Origin: a virus
Lineage: Duplodnaviria > Caudoviricetes
Virus record (IMG/VR): IMGVR_UViG_3300037454_000475
Coordinates: 41,291 to 105,290 of that record
Strand: one strand, 5' to 3'
Length of the DNA stretch: 64,000 nt
Shown here piece after piece: positions 59,263-64,000 of the stretch (position 1 is the first letter of the stretch; each line of letters starts with the position of its first letter). The position numbers and the translations under genes were made by a program. The notes under the pieces are model-generated. The model worked only from the letters and a program-made list of their open reading frames with translations. It was not told the origin of the DNA and did not search any database.

Positions 59263-59844
59263 TTAACCATTAAACGCTTTAAGGTATACATCCAACAAAT
59301 CCGGATGTTTAATCACGCTATATATAATTGCAGCTACCCTATCAGGATGTTCATTGTTGAAATACAGAATCGCATTGTCGTTGATCCTATCTGTGAAATC
59401 CTGAATATATTCCTGCTCAATACGTTCTTGACGGATAAAATCATATTTACGTTTTTCCGAACGATGGCGGTTATGACGTTGCGCCGAATTGTTATCCAAC
59501 CACACAAATACGACATTATCGTCAAAACGGGCAACCGTATTAAACTGATCGGGGGTCATCACGAATACATCATGTGTTTGATATTCATAGAATGAGATAC
59601 CTTCATAGTATCTATTGGCCTTGTTGACGGATTCCTTAATAAATAAGTATGCCTGATTTTCAAAAAGGTTATTTAATTCCTTCACATCATACACGATGGT
59701 ACTCAATGAATATTGGTTACCCACGGTATCTGCAGATCTAAACGTTTGACCAACCTTTACTCCCATCTCCCGCAACGTATTGGCTACAGCCATTTTACCA
59801 CTGCCATTAAAACCAATGATTATGTATTTGTTCTTGTTTTCCAT
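59263..59844 (-). CDS. P-loop NMP (guanylate) kinase-like protein
   Basis: IIIGFNGSGK; VFVWLD....R..R lid. Confidence 0.6.
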   Translation of the reverse strand: MENKNKYIIIGFNGSGKMAVANTLREMGVKVGQTFRSADTVGNQYSLSTIVYDVKELNNLFENQAYLFIKESVNKANRYYEGISFYEYQTHDVFVMTPDQFNTVARFDDNVVFVWLDNNSAQRHNRHRSEKRKYDFIRQERIEQEYIQDFTDRINDNAILYFNNEHPDRVAAIIYSVIKHPDLLDVYLKAFNG

Positions 59845-59847
59845 CTG

Positions 59848-60159
59848 CTAAATCTTTGGCATTTTTGGTACAGAAGGTACTGAAGGTAAATGAGTTTGAT
59901 AATTATGCATCATTTGGTTGGTTTGACGTTGATATTGGTTCATATTCGGTGGTTTATATCCGCCTTGCTGATCCTCATCCTGACGTTTCTTCTCCTCTTC
60001 GGCTATCTTTTCACATTCCTTCAGCGTTAGCTCGAACTCCCAATATGGCATGCGCATCAACTCGGATGGCTGGATATTGAAGTTCTTACATACGATAACC
60101 TTACTTCGAACCAAATTTTCTATGTCTACCTTGAATAGCAAATAGATACTTAATTCCAT
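59848..60159 (-). CDS. Small baseplate hub assembly protein (gp51-like); start uncertain
   Basis: IQPSELMRMPYWEFE; overlaps the 3' end of the gp26-like gene. Confidence 0.55.
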   Translation of the reverse strand: MELSIYLLFKVDIENLVRSKVIVCKNFNIQPSELMRMPYWEFELTLKECEKIAEEEKKRQDEDQQGGYKPPNMNQYQRQTNQMMHNYQTHLPSVPSVPKMPKI

Positions 60160-61183
60160 TTGGAAATCGGACAGTGCTACGCACCTCCTCGCCACAATTT
60201 GGACATGTACCGATAAGCTTCTCGGTCGGATTAATAGTAATGTTACGGCGAACTTCATCGAAGAAGAGGAATGTATCGGCATCCCAACGTTTGTATTCGT
60301 TATGACAATCCTTGATCATACGGTCGAGGAGAGCCGCATCCTTCGGGGCGCGTTCTAACATATACGGGAGGAACTTAATGAATACATCGTCAACCTTCTT
60401 ACCGGCCTCGTTCTGTGCATACAACCAAGCAAGAATGGCGGCATCCTTTTGAAGTGTAGGAACGAAGAACTTAACCTTATGATAATCAACGTCATAGTCG
60501 TTAGGATCGATGTCCCAGTACATTTCGTTTTGGTTCCAGTTACGCTCAACAACTTCGGCATCCGGGAACTCGTAGTACAATGATTCGGCGTTAAGCACGA
60601 AGTGGACATTTTCACCACAGCTGTCGCATTCCTCATCGAACTCCATGGCTTGCTCACCTTGGGCGAATGTATATTCGCGGGCCTTGAGGATAAACCAAAA
60701 ACGATCCCACGAATTGATCTTATCCCATGATACCGCCATGTTTGTTGTTTCATCAAAGATGCTCACGCACGACTTGATGATTTCATTCATAACGTTATTA
60801 ACCACGGAAAGGTTTTCTTCATTGATGGATGACCAGTTACGGATAGCTTCGACCGTGGCCGGGCGGACGCGGAACTGCCAACCTTCTTTGTAGAATTGAG
60901 AACGAATACCAAGTTCCGACCTATCGATAGGCACCCAACCTTCATGTATATCGTTTGTTTCGGGAACCATCTTTACGGTTTTCGAACCACGCTTGCGTGT
61001 GATGGCGTTTTCAAAAGCATCTCGTGATTTTTGTTCGTCTTCGGAAAGTTCCTCCTTTTGACCGGGGATATGGTGGAGTTTACCAAAATCTTTCAATTCC
61101 TCACCGGCACCAGCCTGCTCACCACCCATGTTACCGATTTGCTCCTCCATTGCCTCGTTGAATTCATTATCTTTATTCTTCAT
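60101..61183 (-). CDS. Baseplate hub assembly chaperone (T4 gp26-like)
   Basis: DR..FIL..RE, CxxC twice. Confidence 0.65.
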   Translation of the reverse strand: MKNKDNEFNEAMEEQIGNMGGEQAGAGEELKDFGKLHHIPGQKEELSEDEQKSRDAFENAITRKRGSKTVKMVPETNDIHEGWVPIDRSELGIRSQFYKEGWQFRVRPATVEAIRNWSSINEENLSVVNNVMNEIIKSCVSIFDETTNMAVSWDKINSWDRFWFILKAREYTFAQGEQAMEFDEECDSCGENVHFVLNAESLYYEFPDAEVVERNWNQNEMYWDIDPNDYDVDYHKVKFFVPTLQKDAAILAWLYAQNEAGKKVDDVFIKFLPYMLERAPKDAALLDRMIKDCHNEYKRWDADTFLFFDEVRRNITINPTEKLIGTCPNCGEEVRSTVRFPNGIKYLFAIQGRHRKFGSK

Positions 61184-61288
61184 AAACCATGAAATTTATT
61201 TTTCAGCTTATATAGAAAATAAACTGCATAAAAAAAGTGTTAAGCTTTTTTTGAAAAACCTAACACTTTTTGTCAAATTTCCATGGAG

Positions 61289-62245
61289 TTACTTGTCGGA
61301 TTTCTCTGCAAGATACCATTGCTTCATGATCCATACAGCAAAACATTGCTTGAGATCCTTGTCCATGAAGTTGTTTTTTTCGAGCCACTCCACGATGTCG
61401 TCACGGCCTTGCGATTTGAGCGTCTCAATGACAACCGGCTTATATTTGGTTATCATAATCTCCATGGTTTCCGCGGACAACGAACGGCGGACATCCACAT
61501 AATTCCAAAGGTAATCCACATAGTCGCCATTATCGTCATAGAGGTTACAATATTCGCGCCCCGGAGTTTCCTTACAGATCAACTTGTCATTGTTGCGATA
61601 ATATTGTTTATCTTCCACAACCGCATGAAGCACTTTACCATCGCGGGTGCAAGTGAACTCATCGAGGTGTACATAGTCAATGTATAGGTTGATGATTTTA
61701 CCGGCCTTTGCCGCCTCCTCGATCGCATTATACACAACGTGGTTCTTTTCAACCCATTCCTTGTTTGAATTTGGTGACACACCAAGATACACGTTGAAAT
61801 TGATGTATTCCTTGTCATGGGAACGCCACATGAAGTTATGGGCGAGTGCCTCCTTTTTGATTTTGGCGGCACGCTGGGCGTAGGTGAGAGTCTTATCCTT
61901 GGATACCTCCGATTCAAACTCGCGGAAATCGTTGAGTTCCTTAACACGTTTCTTGTATTCGGGTTCACCAAATGTAAGTTTGGGGATGTAATACCAAAAA
62001 CCATGAAGTCCCTTACACCATTTTTCAACGACCCTCTTTAGGTCTTCACTTGAGATGTAATAGCAATCCATTGGGACGACAGTTACCGGTTTTTCTCGTT
62101 CATCGCGATAGAATGCCCACACACCATGTTTCCTCCATGTTTCAAAGGATTGCGGGTAGCACTCTGTAGTTGGCCCCTTGGCGTTGGCGTATACGTCAGC
62201 GACACATGGTTCAAGCCTTTTCTTGTCAAGATCTTCCCTGTTCAT
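61289..62245 (-). CDS. Hypothetical protein
   Basis: 318-aa ORF. Confidence 0.7.
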   Translation of the reverse strand: MNREDLDKKRLEPCVADVYANAKGPTTECYPQSFETWRKHGVWAFYRDEREKPVTVVPMDCYYISSEDLKRVVEKWCKGLHGFWYYIPKLTFGEPEYKKRVKELNDFREFESEVSKDKTLTYAQRAAKIKKEALAHNFMWRSHDKEYINFNVYLGVSPNSNKEWVEKNHVVYNAIEEAAKAGKIINLYIDYVHLDEFTCTRDGKVLHAVVEDKQYYRNNDKLICKETPGREYCNLYDDNGDYVDYLWNYVDVRRSLSAETMEIMITKYKPVVIETLKSQGRDDIVEWLEKNNFMDKDLKQCFAVWIMKQWYLAEKSDK

Positions 62246-62372
62246 GATTGTTATGTTTAAGTTATCGTAATTTATTACAAATAGTCTGCGTTACGATAAA
62301 ATATATAAAAAACCGATTAGAACTTTCAAAATTCCAATCGGTCATGCGAAAAATATTATTGGTCAGGCTTAA

Positions 62373-62660
62373 TCAGTTGTATTCCTTTATAACCTCATCG
62401 TAGAACTTTTTAACATCGCCCTTTGGTTCGATATCCCATTCGCGGTCATAGTTGGCAACCACCTCCTTGGTCTTGATATCCTGAATCCAAAGTTTCGAGA
62501 TCTTACCTCCTTCGATACCATATTGGGCTGAAGGTTCGTCAAATCTCATTATTTGACAACGGTATTTATCAGTCTTGATTTCATACCATGGGTTACCAAA
62601 TGTACTTTTAAGTTTCTTGGCCTGAAGCTTTTCTACGAGGTATGTTGGAAGATCTTTCAT
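62373..62660 (-). CDS. Hypothetical protein with CTS-like N-terminus
   Basis: MKDLPTYLVEKL; FDEPS.YGI.GGKISKL, NYDR.WD. Confidence 0.7.
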   Translation of the reverse strand: MKDLPTYLVEKLQAKKLKSTFGNPWYEIKTDKYRCQIMRFDEPSAQYGIEGGKISKLWIQDIKTKEVVANYDREWDIEPKGDVKKFYDEVIKEYN

Positions 62661-62707
62661 ATTATTATCGTTTCTTTATATGTCTATAATAAGCAGTGGT
62701 AAATGAA

Positions 62708-63103
62708 TTAATAAGGGTTCTCCATGGTACCACGCATATCATCATGCATCCAACGGATGACACTTTTGAGGGACGTGGATTTTTTGTACCAGTAATCCTC
62801 ATCACCAGTCCCGTATGAATTGAAATACTTATAGAGGATCTTATCCACAGTGTTGCAATGAGGTACACTGTATACACTTGCACTGTTACGATGCTCGAAG
62901 GTGCACTTCAAATGGGTGAGGTGAGGCCACTTTGCACCAATCCTACGAGCCCATTCCCTGGCGATCCAACAATACATATCGCTCGAGGTTATGGCAGGGC
63001 CAGCTGCACCGAATCCTCTTTTATGGATTTCCTTGATTATTTCTTCCAGTACCTCCGCCGGAATCTCATCGGCGTTATAATAGGTGGTTGTAGGGCGTTC
63101 CAT
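62708..63103 (-). CDS. Hypothetical protein (own promoter)
   Basis: 131-aa ORF. Confidence 0.65.
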   Translation of the reverse strand: MERPTTTYYNADEIPAEVLEEIIKEIHKRGFGAAGPAITSSDMYCWIAREWARRIGAKWPHLTHLKCTFEHRNSASVYSVPHCNTVDKILYKYFNSYGTGDEDYWYKKSTSLKSVIRWMHDDMRGTMENPY

Positions 63104-63126
63104 ATCTTCTATCTTTTATGTTCATG

Positions 63127-63158
63127 TATATATGAAGGAACCCACCCGGATCTTAACA
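63127..63158 (-). promoter_or_regulatory. Phage promoter TGTTAA-N18-CATATATA
   Basis: Recurrent motif. Confidence 0.7.
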
Positions 63159-63205
63159 AGAAACGAGTGGGTTTTAATGATTTTATCAGTATGAGTTTCA
63201 GTAAG

Positions 63206-63628
63206 TTAGAAGAAAACGGACATTTCTTTTGCCATATTTTCGACATTATCCGAAGAATGGATACAATTTCTCATTTCATCCTCACCCCACAATGCCCGGA
63301 TCTTATCCTTTAACTCGTTGGTGATTTTGAAAGGTTCCTCAATACCCCGGGCATCAAACAATATACCGATACATGGAGCCGATGACATGTATTTACAAAG
63401 TTTGTAATAGAAATCCTCATCCTTATGAACGTAGTACATACGCTTGGCTTCACTCATGGAAAGCTGTTTGGTACGCATCTTCATAAAACGGAAACCTTCA
63501 CGGGCAAACTTATCAATGATTTGATTTGCCTTTTCGAGGAATCCTGGTTTAATAACCACAAATACCTCCTTTGGGATCATCTCATTTGTATCTGCGGGAT
63601 TTTGTAAATATACGAGAAGTGGTTTCAT
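63206..63628 (-). CDS. ndk: Nucleoside diphosphate kinase
   Basis: IKP, Y..H....F...L..YM.S.P, RN.IHSSD catalytic His. Confidence 0.9.
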   Translation of the reverse strand: MKPLLVYLQNPADTNEMIPKEVFVVIKPGFLEKANQIIDKFAREGFRFMKMRTKQLSMSEAKRMYYVHKDEDFYYKLCKYMSSAPCIGILFDARGIEEPFKITNELKDKIRALWGEDEMRNCIHSSDNVENMAKEMSVFF

Positions 63629-63670
63629 ATGTTTTTATTTGATTTTTTCAACTATTTGGTTATCAATATT

Positions 63671-64000
63671 TTAATCTCTTCCGGTTTCTCCATTGGTTGG
63701 ATCGTCATTGGTTGGATCATCTTTCGTAAAATGGGCCACCACCGTTTGGGTACGGGTAACCTCAAACGTATACGATGCATCCGTGCTTACCTCTACACCA
63801 TTAACCGTCCAGTTGACGAAATCGTAACCGGAGGCCGGTGTGGCAACAACAGTTGCTCGGGTTCCTGAATCGTATGTATTATCGCCACTTGTACTACCAC
63901 CTTCGGATGGGTCGGCTTCTGTTGTGATTGTAAATTGAGGCGTGGCTTGTTTCGTAAAGTGGGCCACCACCGTTTGGGTACGGGTAACCTCAAACGTATA
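63671..64000 (-). CDS. C-terminal part of an InlB-B/Flg_new-type repeat protein (truncated by the window)
   Basis: GG.TSG...Y..G...TV.ATP..GY.F.NW; 228-bp repeat (63733-63772 = 63961-64000). Confidence 0.8.
   Translation of the reverse strand, partial: YTFEVTRTQTVVAHFTKQATPQFTITTEADPSEGGSTSGDNTYDSGTRATVVATPASGYDFVNWTVNGVEVSTDASYTFEVTRTQTVVAHFTKDDPTNDDPTNGETGRD

Noticed and set aside
1-64000. Stop-codon reassignment (TAG to Gln as in Lak phages)
   Set aside because: Genes are intact in the standard code, TAG ends at least one gene (59848), and no suppressor tRNA is seen in this window
63733-64000. DGR template/variable repeat pair
   Set aside because: Identical in-frame domain repeat; no adenine-specific differences and no reverse transcriptase in the window

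Overview
This window looks like part of a T4-like jumbo myophage genome, most likely infecting Bacteroidales. The host inference rests on a Prevotella/Bacteroides-type OmpA, A-rich leaders without Shine-Dalgarno sequences, a Bacteroidetes-type boxA and a tmRNA tag. The standard genetic code is used. Bases 1-9.7 kb are a minus-strand RNA island. It holds about 25 near-canonical tRNAs, about 12 tRNA-shaped RNAs whose D, anticodon or variable arms are replaced, expanded or deleted, a circularly permuted (two-piece) tmRNA with tag (A)GARTEMAIAA, and several unexplained structured spacers. Two promoters drive the island, each followed by an identical rRNA-type boxA leader, and Lys-rich mini-ORFs abut both tRNA-Lys(UUU) genes. 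The rest encodes OmpA, a phosphoesterase, 7-deazaguanine genes (TGT/DpdA-like, ParB-like, queE, queD), a 1930-aa repeat-rich tape-measure-like protein and T4-like morphogenesis proteins (gp4, gp13, gp3, gp53, gp15, gp5, gp26-like). It also encodes a sigma factor, an S1-domain protein, YqeY, DEDDh and 5'-3' exonucleases, MazG-like protein, glycosyltransferases and NDK. Patterns across the window: at least 13 mostly unrelated proteins share a T4 capsid-targeting-like N-terminus; a TGTTAA-N18-TATATA promoter recurs 7 times; a ~100-bp palindrome recurs every 12-17 kb; and CCGG appears strongly over-represented. All calls were made by eye, with no database searches.
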